From Amoeboaphelidium protococcarum X5 (taxonomy: Eukaryota; Fungi; Aphelidiomycota), in assembly GCA_023515725.1 (NCBI GenBank), contig JALDTO010000235.1, forward strand, positions 356,371 through 420,370: 64,000 nt of DNA, in the 5' to 3' direction. Shown here in pieces: positions 26,454 through 42,200 of this stretch. Positions within the stretch are counted from its first letter, which is position 1; each line of letters opens with the position of its first letter. A program made the translations under genes and the position numbers. The notes under the pieces were generated by a model. It saw only the letters and a program-made list of their open reading frames with translations, was not told the DNA's origin and made no database searches.

Positions 26454-27242
26454 ATGACTTCATCTATCATGTCTGCTTTGTTCATCGCCGTGTCAGTATT
26501 TCTCAATGCTGCAGTCGTCTAGTCCGTTCCTCAGCACCAGTCGTTGTTTAAGCGATAGCTGGACTCCATCAGCGTCCAGAAGATCTCTGTCTCAAAGTCA
26601 CAAGATGCTCCTACTACTTATGAAGTGACCGCGGGAGAATTGGTAAACTATGCAAAAGAAGACGTACAGGTGAAGGCAACATCTACTCTCGATTTCGGGG
26701 CCGTGTTAAACAATGCCGGTACAAGTGATCAAAGCATCAACTCCGTGTCCGTGTCAATGTATGTGACTCGCTGGGATGTTGAGACATCAAGTTAGAAGAA
26801 CATATTTCTGGCATCTTAAACGCTGAATAACCTGAATTTGGTCGCTGGTGAATTGAATACGTTTACCGTTCCAGTCTAGTTTCCTCACACTTTAAACATT
26901 CCTCGCAATCTCAAGGCCAAGTCTGTATCCGCAAAGTCTGATGTTGCTGAGAACATGGCTGCCATTGTGAAATCTTATAAATCTGCTGCTGGATAAAAGA
27001 ATCTGAATCCATTCAGTATGAGTGGTGACGATGCTACTCTGTGGTAATTTCACGTAAATCTGCAGCAGGAAGAATGTATATTCTACTCAACTGACTCTCA
27101 ATCTTACTTCAACACTCCGTATCAGTATTAATTCAACGCCACTCTGATCCGCTATGAAGGTGTTGTCAGTGTGAATTCTCTTCTAGACTCCATTGGCATC
27201 AAGCCTCAGTTTGACGGATACTTTATCATGTACTGCTTCTGA
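26454..27242 (+). CDS. Uncharacterised secreted protein with a Kex2-like KR site
   Basis: 263 codons. Signal MSALFIAVSVFLNAAVVQS followed by SLFKR|QLDS. Confidence 0.8.
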
Positions 27243-27701
27243 ATTGTCTGATTATAAATGCATGCTTTGATTTTCGTATATAAAAATGATGATGATTATG
27301 ATGGGGATAAAATATAGATTGATGTATTAGATATAAATAGAATAGTTTGCATGTGTTCTCTTCTTCTTACGACGTGTCTAGGAAATCCTCTAACATTATT
27401 TCACTGAAATATTCCTCTTTAGGAGATAATGGTTTGAAACACACACACATTCAGAAGCAATCACTCGCTGATCTTTGTCGTTGTTGATCTTCCAGTTCCT
27501 GAGACAATTGTTCGTTGAGGATCGTTCAAACAAACTTTGTTCTTTCTCACGGGAAGGACTGACTGATTGTTGTTGTCGCTTTTGATGATCATTTGCTTTG
27601 CTTTGACTTTGATATTTTTCTCTTTTTTTCCCCACCGTTCCCATCTATAAAATAGTCCCTATTACTAAAAATCTTAACCATTGTATTTCATTAAAACTAA
27701 A

Positions 27702-29900
27702 ATGGATAAAAAGTTTAGACATTTGGATAGTGACAATTCAAACTTGAATCTACTTCATCCGAGTCCTGAGGGAGATGATGGAATGCGCTCCTCATCACTG
27801 TCATTGATGGACTCGCCTGAAGATGTACTCAACACTGTAGATGATCCTGCAGTGCAGTCTAATGTAGCCAACCCGTTCTATACTTATCACATTGACAAGA
27901 CTTTAGAGAATGTAAGTTATTTAGAGTATAATGTTTAATGATCAACCATCTATCTATTTGTTTTGGTGTAGTAAGATTTGAAAAACGTCATTCTGTCTGC
28001 GCATTTGCCTCAGTAAGATGGTGCCAAGACGGCGTAAGTGTTGACTGAAAAGTTGATCCCGGAGCAATTAGAAGAGATGCAATAGATATCAAAGAACCTG
28101 AAGACTTGTGTCGAGTTGAGAAGAAAGTATTTGCAGCTGTCTTGTCAGAATAATGGTGGTTCTGGACTTGATTGTGCAACTGATTGTTACCCAGTGCCTG
28201 AGGATATTTCTGCTGTCGGACGCGAAGTTAAAGACCCTCTGCAGATTGACGTTAATCTACTTCCCGCCAAAGACCAGTCAGTGTTCAAAATGAGTGATGA
28301 AGGTGTGTTTTAAGTATTTGAATCTGAGGAGAAGAGTTTACAGAATGCTAGTCGCTTCGTTGTTCCCACCATAAAGAACTTCTTCTAGGATATGGACTTC
28401 ATTCTCAATGTGATCAGTGATGGACCTACAAAGAGTATTGCATTCAGAAGACTTCGGTACTTGGAGTCTAAGTTTTAGATGCACGTCCTGCTGAATGAAT
28501 AGGCTGAGAATGCTCAGAGTAAATGTGTTCCCCATAGAGATTTCTATAATGTGCGCAAAGTTGACACCCACGTACATCTGGCGTCAGCTATGAATTAGAA
28601 GCATTTATTGAGATTCATAAAGTCCAAGTTGAGAAAGAATCCGGATGATCTGGTAATATTCCGTGATGGAAAGTACCTTACTCTTGCTCAGGTGTTTGAG
28701 TCTCTTAAATTGACTGCATATGATCTAAGTATCGACACGCTGGACATGCATGCGCACAAGGATACTTTTCATAGATTTGACAAGTTCAATTTGAAGTACA
28801 ATCCTATTGGAGAGTCTAGATTACGTGAGATTTTTATGAAGACTGACAATTTGATTGAAGGACGATATTTGGCCTAGTTGACCAGGGAGATTATAAGTGA
28901 TTTGGAGGCTAGCAAGTATCAGATGGCTGAGTATAGAATTTCTATTTATGGTCGATCGCCTTAGGAGTGGGATAAATTGGCTGCCTGGGTCTGTAATCAC
29001 AATCTCTTTAGTCCTAATGTGCGTTGGCTTATCCAGATTCCTCGTTTGTACAATCTGTACAAGGACAAGAATATTGTGAACAATTTTGAAGAGATGGTGG
29101 TGAACATCTTCAAGCCACTGTTTGAAGTGACTATGGATCCAAAGAGTCATCCGCAGCTACACGTCTTCCTTCAGCGTGTAGTTGGATTTGATAGTGTCGA
29201 TGATGAGAGTAAGAGTGAGCGTAGAATCCACAAAAAGTATCCGGTGCCCAAGACGTGGAATCTCGCAATGAATCCTCCCTACGCTTACTATATGTATTAC
29301 ATGTATGCTAATATGTGTTCTCTTAATCAGTGGAGAAAGTCTCGCGGATTCAACACGTTTATGATGAGGCCTCACAGTGGAGAAGCTGGTGATACCGATC
29401 ATTTGACTGCTGCCTTCCTCAGCTCTTACCATATAAGTCATGGTATTCTTTTGCGTAAGGTTCCTGCTTTATAGTATTTGTTCTATTTAGAGCAAGTTGG
29501 TTTGGCGATGTCTCCCCTATCCAATAATTGCCTATTTATCAACTATGAACGCAATCCATTCCCATCGTTCTTCCACATTGGTCTGAATGTGTGCCTTTCC
29601 ACTGATGATCCGCTGTAGTTGCATTTCACCAAGGAGCCGCTTATTGAAGAGTACAGTGTCGCTGCTCAGATTTGGAAGTTTAGCGCTGTGGACATGTGCG
29701 AACTTGCGCGTAATTCAGTTCTTCACTCTGGCTGGGAGAATAAGGCCAAGTGCAAGTGGTTGGGTGATAGCTATGCGAAAGATGGCGTAGAAGGCAATGA
29801 TATCCACAAGACCAACGTACCAAATATTCGCGTAGAGTATCGTCACTAGACTCTCATGGAGGAACGTTAGTTTATTTTTGGAGACCGATCATCAGGATGA
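27702..29900 (+). CDS. AMD1: AMP deaminase (intron 27912-27971)
   Basis: [46 protein letters not shown] and STDDPL motifs. Confidence 0.97.
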
Positions 29901-30042
29901 TAATAAGAATTATAAGAGTTACACTTATATTAGCTGTAGTGGCAGTAGATAAAAGAAAGATGATAATAGTAATAAAGATATATAAATCTAGAGCATTTTA
30001 ATTTATCATTTCCATAAATTCTCGGTAAATGGCAAGCATCCA

Positions 30043-31512
30043 TCACTTGTTTAGGAATGCATCACGGGTATAAAAGATGGCAGTCAGTGGCAATCCACTC
30101 AGCAAGCCCAACCAAAAAAATGCATTCGCAGCGAGAGGATACTTCTAGAATGAGGATACTCGCAAGATGTAGATGATCGGAAGCTGGGACATTTACATAA
30201 AAAAGAACAACATCACCACCTTGCCGGCCACAACTGCCAACAGCAACTCATGAATACATGATGAGAACAAAAAAGTGATAAAGGACGCATTCGTCTTGGA
30301 TATCTAGTAGTTGTCAATCGAGTGCAAGTAGATATGCCTCAGCAGAAAGTCGTGCACAACCTTGTTCCATTTTCTGGCGAACTCGTCGTAATTGGTAGAA
30401 TTCCACCAATCTTCATAGAACTGACGATCGGCAAAGCAAGTCAACTCTGCCAGGGCATTACACAAACACTCAAAGATCATATAAAAACCCAATAGCCAGC
30501 ATAGTGTAAACGGCATAAGCAAGTGACCAATGGTTTCGATTAAGCTCAGTTGGGCCATATTCTCCAACACAGGGCTTATGTAGTGTTCTACCAGCAGGTA
30601 CAGAATAGTGAACACACCAAAGAAGCCAACCACCTTCTCGAACACATAATTCCAACGAATAGCCTCAGTTCTAGGATACTCTAAGTTATACACCAGCACG
30701 GGGATACACAGAAAGTAAACATAATTTTCAAGAGTAAGATTAGCTGGGTATCTAGTGTCCCCGGTGGTCAATTCATCCTCCAAATTCTTCAAGTCCTATT
30801 CCAAAGACACGGCACCTCCTCTCCTCGACTGCGATGATTATGAAGATCCGCGATGGGACGCCTTGCCATCTTCATCACTTGCCAACTGCTCCTCCACTGA
30901 ACGTCTCTGCGTCATTGGACTTTTAGGATGGATCTCCAGCTCATCAGCCTTACGCTTACCTCTACCAATGTCATCTTTAAGCTTCAACACGTACCTATGC
31001 ACTTGCTCCAGTTCCTGATTATACGACAGATAACTATGCATCTTCATATACAGGGTACAAACATGCAAACAAATCGCAGTTTTCCCCGGCCATGCGAAAT
31101 TTCGATGCACTGTAAAGGCTATAGTTCCCAGTAGAAATAGAGCCTAGTAGAGATGCTGCAAAACAGTTCCAAGCCAGATGGGGATATATCTTCGATGGAC
31201 AAGCCAGTGCAGTGCAGGAGCGAAGAAGGACAGAGCGGTAATTACCAGATCGCTCAGCGCAAGAACCACAACATCATGAGACAGAAGATTATACAGCTTG
31301 AACGTAAATCTTCCACCATTTTTGTAGTGTACATATAGATTATCCAGCAGTGTAATGGCAATACCAATCCAGAACAAAATGAAGAACCCGCGAAAGTTAT
31401 TCAGTTCCCTGATCAGAGTCTCTGAATCCAGCAATGAAGTCCTCGGCTCAAATTTCCCCTTCCTAATCTTTTTGATAGACAGATAAGGCTTCTCTGCTAG
31501 CTTTAAAGGCAT
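30043..31512 (-). CDS. MBOAT sterol O-acyltransferase (ARE1/2, ACAT-like)
   Basis: 490 codons. MKMHSY, YPANLTLENY, FADRQFYEDWWNS, WNKVVHDFL and catalytic SSCIHE. Confidence 0.93.
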
Positions 31513-32015
31513 AATATAGATTAGCTTAGTGTTTTTTATGACTGAAAATGAATTCTTTTCGATAAGACGATATCAGATAGATACTAGCAACGGTACAATA
31601 GATAAAAACAGCCGTTAATCAGGGAGAAACACTGCGAGCGAATCTGATCGTGAGAATGCAATTGGAAAATACGGGATATCAAATGTGATTCACTCTAAAC
31701 GCGTGGGATCTTCCATCGAAATCTTTTTGGTCTATAATGCACATTGAGGGAATCTACAAGTTTAATACCCTTACTTTGGTATTCATTTACTGCGTCAATT
31801 TAGATATCAGTGCAATCTACAGTTACAATATTAAAATCGATCGATCGAGACAGACATGCGCGGTTATCGAAAATCATACTTCAAAGGATAGTCGCGCTCC
31901 ACGCAGCTCGCATTGAATACTTTCTTAAGTCCGTTTCACACATATTTAAAGTCTTCAACAAAGCTCGAGACATTTCTCAGTGATACTCTTAGCAAATCCT
32001 CACTGAAGAGACGCG

Positions 32016-32618
32016 ATGACTCAATAAATGTTTGCATGGAGTGTGGATAAGAGTGCTGCTTTTCATCCTTACTTTGTGTATAATCTTACTACTCAAGCAC
32101 GAGATGGCTGTACTGTAACAATCGAGTAAAAGTTGGAGTCAAGTGCATTCTTTGATCCATATTAACTGCATAAGGATTTGAATGACGAGTTGTGGGAACT
32201 CGAGGTTCCTAATGTTGACCTCGAGATACCGGTAACTTCTGATATTGCGAGTAATAATATGCTGCGAATTCGGCGAGCTTCAGGCTAAGCGATTATTAAA
32301 GTTCCGTTTCATATGCGATACTAGCCTGTGCATGTATTTAGTAAAAATTAATAAGCGTATGATCCGTATGTGAGAGTGCATCTGTAACAACCACTCGTTT
32401 CAATGGTCTGTGAGGGTGAGGCCGTACATACTCCTCCTTTGAAAGTCGTTGCTCTCGGTGAAACGTTCGTTGATGTGCCGCGTTTGTCATTGAACGAAGA
32501 GAGTGCTCTACTCATATAGACTCTGAGTCTCCTGGTACCAGCTATTTCAGTGGTATATCTAATCTATCTCATCATCACCACTTCTTCTTGGCGTAAGACT
32601 ACAACTAAGAAAGAATGA
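32016..32618 (+). CDS. PIG-X/PBN1 family GPI mannosyltransferase I subunit (5' end may be incomplete)
   Basis: FHP, FFDPYQL, DLEIP, VPFHMRYQP, C-terminal TM helix and KKE tail. Confidence 0.82.
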
Positions 32619-33277
32619 ATATTGAATGACCTTGTATACAATGTTACTGTAAAGTGAATGAAATAGAATTATTGAAGGGACTACATACAGCGTTCTCTTT
32701 TTGCCATGACCTCGTTAGAGAGTTGGGATAGTATTATACGCGTCAGAATTAAGCTTACTAGCTGTACAATTCAATAAAATCGATGTTGTTTACTCTTGAG
32801 ACGCGTCATCTAATGATTTGTGGCTTTCTGATATGGGCCTCATTTCAAGAAATATAACCATGTTCGATATATCGTTCATGGACTGGTGATATCTTGTCCA
32901 CCTTTATAGAACTAATAAGCTTGAATGTAAAAAATGTAAACAGTAAAATATAAGAATCCAAGTACAACTAGAGTCCAGTAAAGAATTAAGCAAAACTCTA
33001 GCTATTATAATTAAATGACAACACAAAGACTCCTAAAAGCCAAAGTGCCGCCATATACGATTCTCAGTTAATCTTTCCGTATGCAAACAAGGTATACGTG
33101 AGAGTAGTATACCATGGTTCGTTACGGATTAAATAGTCCTTTCTGATCAATGCTGCTTAATGTACTGTTAGTAAGAGCACCTGATGAGAAATGAATACAC
33201 TTAATAATTAAGGAATTGAATTTTTATCTCAAAAGCTTTAATTAAATGCAATTATAAAAGAGTGAAAAAAGGAAGAG

Positions 33278-35662
33278 ATGCTTCGGAGCCAACCTTAAAG
33301 CGCGTGGCTTAGCAATGAAAGAAGACGTGTAAGTTGGAAGGGGTCAGATGATGGACGGTCCCAGAACAATATTCTTGAAGATCGTCTGACACACTTTTTT
33401 AATAGTCCAGCTACTCAACTTGAAATAAGAATGAATGAAGTGCAAAGGTACGCCTCATAAATATCGTCAAGCTATAAGCTTTGGAGTTGCGACTAAATAT
33501 GCGATTTTCTGTCTGTCATTGGAATGAATCAGTATCGAAAGGTGTTCACCAAAAATGCAATAGCTGGCGACGTGATAGATGACCTGACTCTTGATCTTCT
33601 CAAAGATATTGGTATTTCGGCACTTGGAGATAGAATTAGAATTATGAATTCATTAAAAACTATCAAGAGCTTCTATTCTTAGAAAGAGAATGGTCCTTAT
33701 TGTAATGATAATCATGCAGAGTCATTAAATAGTGTAAATGCGCCTTTAACGCAAGAGAAAACGCCTACAGTGTCCAAGAAGTAAAAACCGTCGAGTATTT
33801 CCATCAAAAGTGGCCCGGCTGAGGCTCAATTTCTCACTGATAATAGCAGTTCTGACACCAAGTCGCCACTCTCACCCTTATCATTTGGTAACAAATCTGG
33901 GTCTCTTCTCTCTGCATCTCCTGTATACTCCTCCTTCTTTGGCTCATTCTCATTGTCCAAGTAGTCCTCATCATTAACTGCTTAGACTTCAGCATCGCAA
34001 TTGACCATATAATCATCACCTGTGACTTTGCATAATGAGTAGGACGTCATGTCGCTGGACAAGGTCAAAAGTACGTGCATTCGTGTCATTAAAGATGAGC
34101 ACAACAGCCATATAATCAATATCCAGAATCTAACTGATGTCGCGCAGGTTAGAGCTAAAGTGTTTAAGAAGTTTGGTATAGTACCTGATCTTTGGAAGGA
34201 GTACGCCATGTTCTGCTTGAATTCTGACGGTAATCCATCATTGCTGGATGATGATCAGTTATGGGACATTTGTAAAAGTGATCCACCTAGACATGAGAGA
34301 TAGAGATTGATTTTACAGAAAGTGTTCCACATGAAGGATAGCGGTAAGAAGAATCATTAATAGCTGTTAAAGAATTGCTTTAAAAAGTTGGATAGCATTA
34401 TGGGTGGATCGATATCGGACGATGTTCTCAAGTAGGAAATGCATTTCCCTTAGGAGCGTCCATCTAGCTAGGAGATTGCCGTCAATATGGAGCACTTCTT
34501 CCCTGAGCTATTCAAGTCTACCACCACCAAGTAATCGTGGGATGTTAATCGTCCCATGTCTTTGAGTGATAATTATCGATCTAGATTACTCTCGGACTTG
34601 TAGTTGAAGACGAGATCAAACTCTCTATTCACTCTAGAGTTGGCAGATTACGATGAGGATTCAGATGCTGAGAATTACGTTCATGATGAAGCTGCGGAAT
34701 TGCCAGTAGTTGAGGAAGAATGGTGTACTGATATCAGTCGTATTGCTGATGCTTTTAACAATAACTAAATAGAAGATGGCCCTACTGGTGAGCACAACTT
34801 TGCGTTAGGCAATGTGATTGGTAAAGGGAAATGTGCTACTGTATTTTATGGCGTGAATTTAGAAAACTAGTAAATTATGGCTGTGAAGCAAGTAGTTCTC
34901 GGCTCTTAATCGGGGCTCAGGCCTTAGCACTAGAAATAGAAGAAGGAAATGGCAGAGATGTTGAAGAAGGAGATTTACATATTGTAGTCATTGGATCATG
35001 ACAACATTGTGAAATGTCTGGGTCATTAATTTTAGAATGGCGTACTGACGATGTTGATGGAGTATGTCAGTGGTGGATCTATCGCTAGTTTAGTTGCTCG
35101 ACAGGGACCGCTTAATATGGAGTTGTGTCGGTCTTATGCAAGTCAGATCGTCAACGGTCTCATTTACTTGCATGAACAAGGTATAATTCATCGAGATATT
35201 AAAGGTGCTAACATTTTGGTAACGTCAGATGATATCATAAAAATATCAGATTTCGGCGTCTCTAAATTGGTTGATCAAGTTGGTGTTGATTAGCGTTGTA
35301 GTGTTAAAGGATCTGTGTTCTGGATGTGCCCAGAGTTGGTGACGCGTAATTATTTGACCACCAAGGTTGATGTGTGGTCTCTCGGATGTGTGGTGATAGA
35401 AATGGCCACAGGTCGCCGACCATGGATGCCACTAGATCCTATGCAGGCAATGTACTGTATCGGAAATGGGAAACTTACACCATACACTTACCTGCTAGAA
35501 AGAGGCGATGATACTTAGTCGAACATACAACTGCTCAAGACTTGCGATGCTGCTTGTTCATTCATCGACATTTGCACTCAAGTTGATCCTACAAACAGGC
35601 CATATGCTAATGAATTGATCAGTCACTAGTTTCTACACATGGTGGAATAGTGCAATCGCTGA
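33278..35662 (+). CDS. STE11: Ste11/Byr2-type MAPKKK (SAM, Ras-association, kinase); alternative start 33431
   Basis: SAM WSCDQICDFL..LKDIGISALGDRIRI, RA-like region, kinase MAVKQV, HRDIKGANIL, DFGVSK and GSVFWMCPE. Confidence 0.9.
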
Positions 35663-35725
35663 AGATATAAAAAATGAAGTATCTGCTTAATAAATAAAAT
35701 GTACTTGATATATGATTGGAATCAA

Positions 35726-37204
35726 TCATTCATCTTCGTAATAATACTCTTGATCATAGAATCCACCGCCATGGTGAAATCCACCAAATCCTCCGTGATG
35801 ATGATGACCGCCACCACCAAAGCCGCCTTGATTGAAAAACATAGAGAACACGTCATTTGCGTCCATCCCACCATGACCACCAAAGCTCTCTTGTAAATCG
35901 GCGCCGCTGTCATATCGACGCTTCTTCTGAGGATCAGACAGAGTTTCGTATGCCTCAGAGACATCCTTGAACATCTTCTCCGCTTCATCCTTCTTCTCCG
36001 GCTCCTGGTTCTTGTCAGGATGATAGATGAGAGCCTTCTTGCGGTAAGCCTTCTTGATCTCACTCTCAGACGCGTCCTTAGAGACACCAAGAATTTTGTA
36101 GTAATCCTTTCTCTGAGATTTCTTCAATTCAAGCTTTGCGTCTTTCAATTGCTGTCGTAAATCACGATTATTAGGATCAAGTTGTGAAGCTTTTTCAAAA
36201 TCGCGGACAGCCTCTTCAAATTGCTCCAGCTTCATTCTACACGAGGCTCTTCGGATGTACACCTTCCCATAATCCGAGTCGATAGCGAGCGCTGCATCAC
36301 AGTCAGCAATAGACTTTTCATACTGGCCCAGCTTGAAGTAGGCCGTCGCTCGATTTGAATAAAATTTACTATTCACCGCTGTACATTCTGGATCAATCTA
36401 CAAAGCTTCCGAGTACAGGCGAATAGCATCTGCATACTTTCCAGCTTTGAAAGCAGCATTCCCATCATCTTTCTACGTTTATAAAGCTCTAGCCTTCTTA
36501 AATAACAGACGCGACTCCTTATGATCAGGAGCAACTCTCAGAGCTTCCTTCACATAGGATATACATTTAGTCAGATCACCTTGCTAGTAGATTAAACCAG
36601 CTCTGATACAGATAGCTTCAGCATTCTAAGGTTCATTTACAAGTATCTAATTAAGAAGGAGATTAGCCTCATTGGTCAATTTCAAGCCTACCAAAGCGCG
36701 AATTTTAATACACAGCCAGCTATAAGGGCAATGCAGACCGTTGGTGGCCATTTTTGCAGCGGTGTCCACATTGAAAATCGCCCTTCTAAAATCTTTAGAT
36801 TCCAAAGCAGCAACTGCGGATTCCACAAACTTTCGAATAGCCTCCGCTTGATGGAGCTCCTTGCTGATCGATGGATTCGTCGGATCAACGTCCAAGGCCA
36901 ATTAAAATTGTCTGACGGCTTCATTAATATTACCAAGAGCCAGGCAGCACTTGGCTAATCTCACATAAGCCTTCACGTATCCACCATCCAACTCGATAGC
37001 CTTTTTGCAATCCTCTACAGCCTCCTTGTACTTCTTCAGCATCATGAGAGATGCGGCGCGATTGCAATGACCGACAGCAGACTGCTCCAAATCGATCCAC
37101 TCGCCATACAATTTGACCGCTTCTTAGTAACTTCCCTTCTTGTATTATTCATTTGCAAGCTATTTCAATTCCTCAGCCTACGCGCATAAATCGACAGTCA
37201 TCAT
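35726..37204 (-). CDS. DNAJC7: DnaJ subfamily C member 7 (TPR repeats plus J domain)
   Basis: 493 codons. TPR repeats, KDYYKILGV and HPD motif. Confidence 0.93.
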
Positions 37205-37696
37205 TTAGAATAGTGTTCTGTAATTTTTAAATTTCAATGATCAGATTGGGGGATGAAATGAAAATTGTTGGCTGATTGAGGCTCGAAGCCGAGCCGCTTC
37301 AATATTTGTAAGAGAGAGGATTGGCTCTTGAGGAAACATGATAGTTGTGATCATTATTAAAGCACTAAATTGCTTTAAACTCGTTTTTACGCGTTTTGAA
37401 TCCAAAGTAGATTCTCTCTAAATGTATTTTAAAATAAAGCTTCAGCGTTTGTGTATGTATATATTCGCGTAAAGCTATCCCCGACGATAGCAGTTAAGTA
37501 TATCAGTGCCTTGCGGTATGGTATCAATTTAAATCATTCAGGAAGCGCCAAAGCTTCCAAAGTTTGCGCGATAGAGATAAAAGATAGAACATCTTAAAAA
37601 TTTATTTTATGCACTTACTACTCTTAGAACATGTCATTATGAGAAGACAAGGAGATAATCCCAGAATTGACTGCATATAAACATATAAGTAGAAAC

Positions 37697-38524
<828 letters not shown>

Positions 38525-39249
38525 TTTAGCATAAGTATCAGTATCTTCTGTTTCAAAGTTTTGTAGGGGACTTTAAATATCAAACTAATCAGTAATAGCC
38601 AATAAGAATATAGATACCACTTCCAAGACGACGTAATAGGTACTTTCATCGAATCCACTTCAGCGAAAGATGAATGCTGCACGATTTATTCATTTTTTCC
38701 GAGAGGTGTGACTGTGCCCTGTCAATCCTCATCCTGATGCATTATCACCCACATGATTCACCACCCGTGTGTTTGACTTTATACTCATCACAGAGCGCGA
38801 GTTTACAGTGATTCTGACAGATATTGACAGATCTTGCGTGAAAGCTTATAGGAAAGTCTAAGTATAATATTGAATGGAAATGCTTTGATAAATTTAGCTC
38901 CAATTTCTAATAAACATCGAGTACGTACACTATCATTTAAGTGGTCATTTGAACTCTCTATAAAAACCCCATATAGACACATTGGATTAAAAATGGACGT
39001 TGACTTGAACGAAGAGCATTTCAAAAAGTGTCGGCCAGACTCGACACACTAGACACATACGTTTGTATTACTTAGCACGTTAAATGAATCTAATTTCAGG
39101 TATATACAAAACTGTTCTATATTCTGTACACGAATGAACTGACCAACCAATCACATCAGCTGAGCGTAAAACCACGTCGTTTCTTCTCGCGCCAGAATCC
39201 TCCGTCAAAGAGCCCAACGCTCACGTTTGCTCTTTCGTGATTACTTTTG

Positions 39250-42200
39250 GGTACCTTACTACTCTTAAGCCAAATGTCGCTACAAAATTGTCGCTAACAC
39301 GATCAAACGAATGTCGCTGACAATGTTGTTGACAATGTCGCTACATAAACTGCGCGTGCGACCAACACTGTTTCAGAAATATCAGCTTCAGTATCAGATA
39401 TACAGTTGCCTATATCTGACTCTGATATCAGCATTCAAAATAAAAAGTGCCGTGAGAAGCCTAAAAGAAAGTCGTAGTCAAAATATAGTATGATTTAATT
39501 TCCAATCTCAATACTTATTTCATTACTTTTGTAGAGCGAACTTCACTGTTAAGAGAGATTTTGAGAATGAACACTACCAATGGAATGTCCATCAGCAATT
39601 ATGTCCCTCCTCCTGGTGCAAGGAAGATCAAGAGGCAGAGAGAAGACGCAGAAAATGCACCGATCCATCCTGGTAAGACTTGGAAGTGCCCGATATGTAA
39701 AAATCTTCATTTCCCATCTAATAAGAAGCCGCACACTAAATTTTGTTTGGAATAGTTAAAGAAGAACAACAGTATCGCAGGTTCCGCGAATACTTTGTCA
39801 AGTTGGCTGACTGGAGCATCCTTACAATCAGTGGACTCTTTCGCTAATGTACCAGTTCATCAATCCGCGTCTGATCAGACGCCTGAAACAAATGATATTA
39901 ATGCTCATCATGATACTACCTCCTCAGTCGAAAATGATGATCAAGTTAATGCCACGTTAGTGATTGAGTAGAAAGATTAGAATTGGAGAAGTCATCCCTC
40001 CACCGCATTTATAGTCAAGTACACTGATGAGATTGACTACGCCATTAAAGGAACAGGTTCGCGCGGCTATCAATGCAATGCAACGTCGTCAAGGTGTCAT
40101 GGTGTCTGCGATTGCAAGCCGCTGAATCCTCTGTCCTGGCGTGATATCTGGATTTATCCGCCTAATCCTTTATTAGTCTCAGATTATATGGAGAGCTAGG
40201 ATTTTGTGAAGGAGAAAGTTATATTCTGGACGCCAGAAGTGTTTTTCCATCATCTTGGTGTTCGCCACATGCCTTGTCCAGTTCATGGCGTTGTGGATGG
40301 TCACGTTAAGGTAGCAGGCTGGTCAGCAGTAGGGCCTCGAAAAGTAATAGGCATTGGTCAGTCGTATTACATCATGTTCAAGAGGTACAAATGCAATCTG
40401 TGTCACTGTGGTACTGGTGGCAGGACTGGTAAGGAGTTTCGTGGAATAGATCCAGATACTTTGCAGCATCTTCCTCCTCATGTTTAGCAATAGTTGCCGT
40501 GTACGGTGATTGACAACACGATCCTGGACAACTAATTGATTTAATTAATGGATAGGATGATCATGCGAGGAGTCTCTTTTAATGAGTTTGTAAAGATGTT
40601 GGATGAGCTGTTCAACAACTAGCATTAATCAAGACATCTTGCCTATCTGTCCGCATCAACATTTGTTAGAAGGAACCCATAGAAGACTTTAATGTTTTAA
40701 GCTTTGCCTGCACTGATTGACCCATTTCCAGAATTCAGCGACAAAGATTAGTATAACGTATCCATTCCATCCACTACTGTTTTAAAGAAATTCTATTATA
40801 AGAGCCAAATGGATGTGTATGATCTGAAGAACGCCGCTGTCGCGCAAGTTACTGGCAAAGTTTTGAGCGGTGATCACACTTTCAAAGCAGCCAAGGTGCC
40901 TGTGTCTAAGTCTCAGTAGATATTTGAGGGATTATACTCCTTGGTGAATGAGTATGGCCAAGTAGCTGGATTCTGGCTTGTGCCAAACAAAAGTCTGAAA
41001 GAGTTGACTGGTGAATTTGAAGTCTTGAAGCAGCGCTATGCGGCCAAAGATGAAGAGGGTCCTCAGGCTTTCTTCACAGATCTCTGCTGCACTGAAAGAG
41101 CATTTCTCTCTGATATGTTTGAATCTCTGTCAGCTACTGGATAAGGATAGCGAGTACTCTTGGATATATTTCATTTCATGGAGCGGTATCCTGTTAAGAA
41201 GAAACATCCTCTATACTCTCTCTTTGCCTCCAACCTCCGCGACGCGATATTCATCTGTTCTGAAGAAGACATGCAAGATGTGAAGTCAGTATTACAGCAG
41301 CGTGGAGTATCAGATAAGTAAATGGATCAGATCAAGAGAAGCTATCTATTGCGTAATGGTAAAGTGAGAAGATTTGTTCCACCTGCGGATATTTTGTCGA
41401 ATAGAATTGATCAGGTGGTCTAAATGTTCAGAGCGGTTAACAGTGAGTTCATTGATGATCAAGTAATGAAACATCACGAGCGTAATCTGAAGCACGCCAA
41501 AGATGGCTGTTTATCAGATCCTCCTGGTGTTGACATGTACTTGCAATTAAAGCCTGGAGATGATGGATCTTTTAAGTAGTTCAAGTGTTTTAGAGGTACC
41601 AGCCAATAAGAAGGATATCACATGATGTTGTACAATGCGTTTTAAGCAAAGTCTATCTCTCCTGAGCTATATAATGTTATGCTCATGGACTTTGTCTACA
41701 GAAGAAATCAAGATGCGGCACTGACCTGTGGGCTGACTCCGGATTTTCATATTTACAACCCACTAGTGCTGAGCTAAATTAAGCAGTTGTATGTCGACAA
41801 TGCGAAATACTTCAAGTGTCCTGTTTTTGAGAATCTGACCATTCCACAGGTATCTGAATTCTCAAAATCTGTTAAATTTGGCTGTAGTAAGTATTTGGGC
41901 AAATCTCTTGATCTAAAGAACATTTCTGACTAGTAGCTGATGATGGAATGCGAAGGTGGCTTTGATGAAGAACTGATTGATGCACTGGCCGATCCAGTTG
42001 AAGTTGATTTGACTGTTATTGATATGGATTAGAGTGATATATCTACTGAGCCCATCAAGCTGAACTCTGATGATATGATCTCTAAGTTTGCATTCAATGT
42101 CATATCACGTCCCGTCTCCTCCCAAAAAGAGCTCATCTTATTCATGTCACTGTTTGAACAATATTGCACCAAGAAAAACGGTGATGATAAGTAAGTAGAT

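Noticed and set aside
32844-33055. Short hydrophobic minus-strand ORF (MAALWLLGVFVLSF...)
   Set aside because: About 70 codons, within chance expectation under a one-stop code, and no recognisable family.
39273-39345. CRISPR-like array
   Set aside because: Units are only about 8-12 bp with no proper spacers, there are no cas genes, and the context is eukaryotic.
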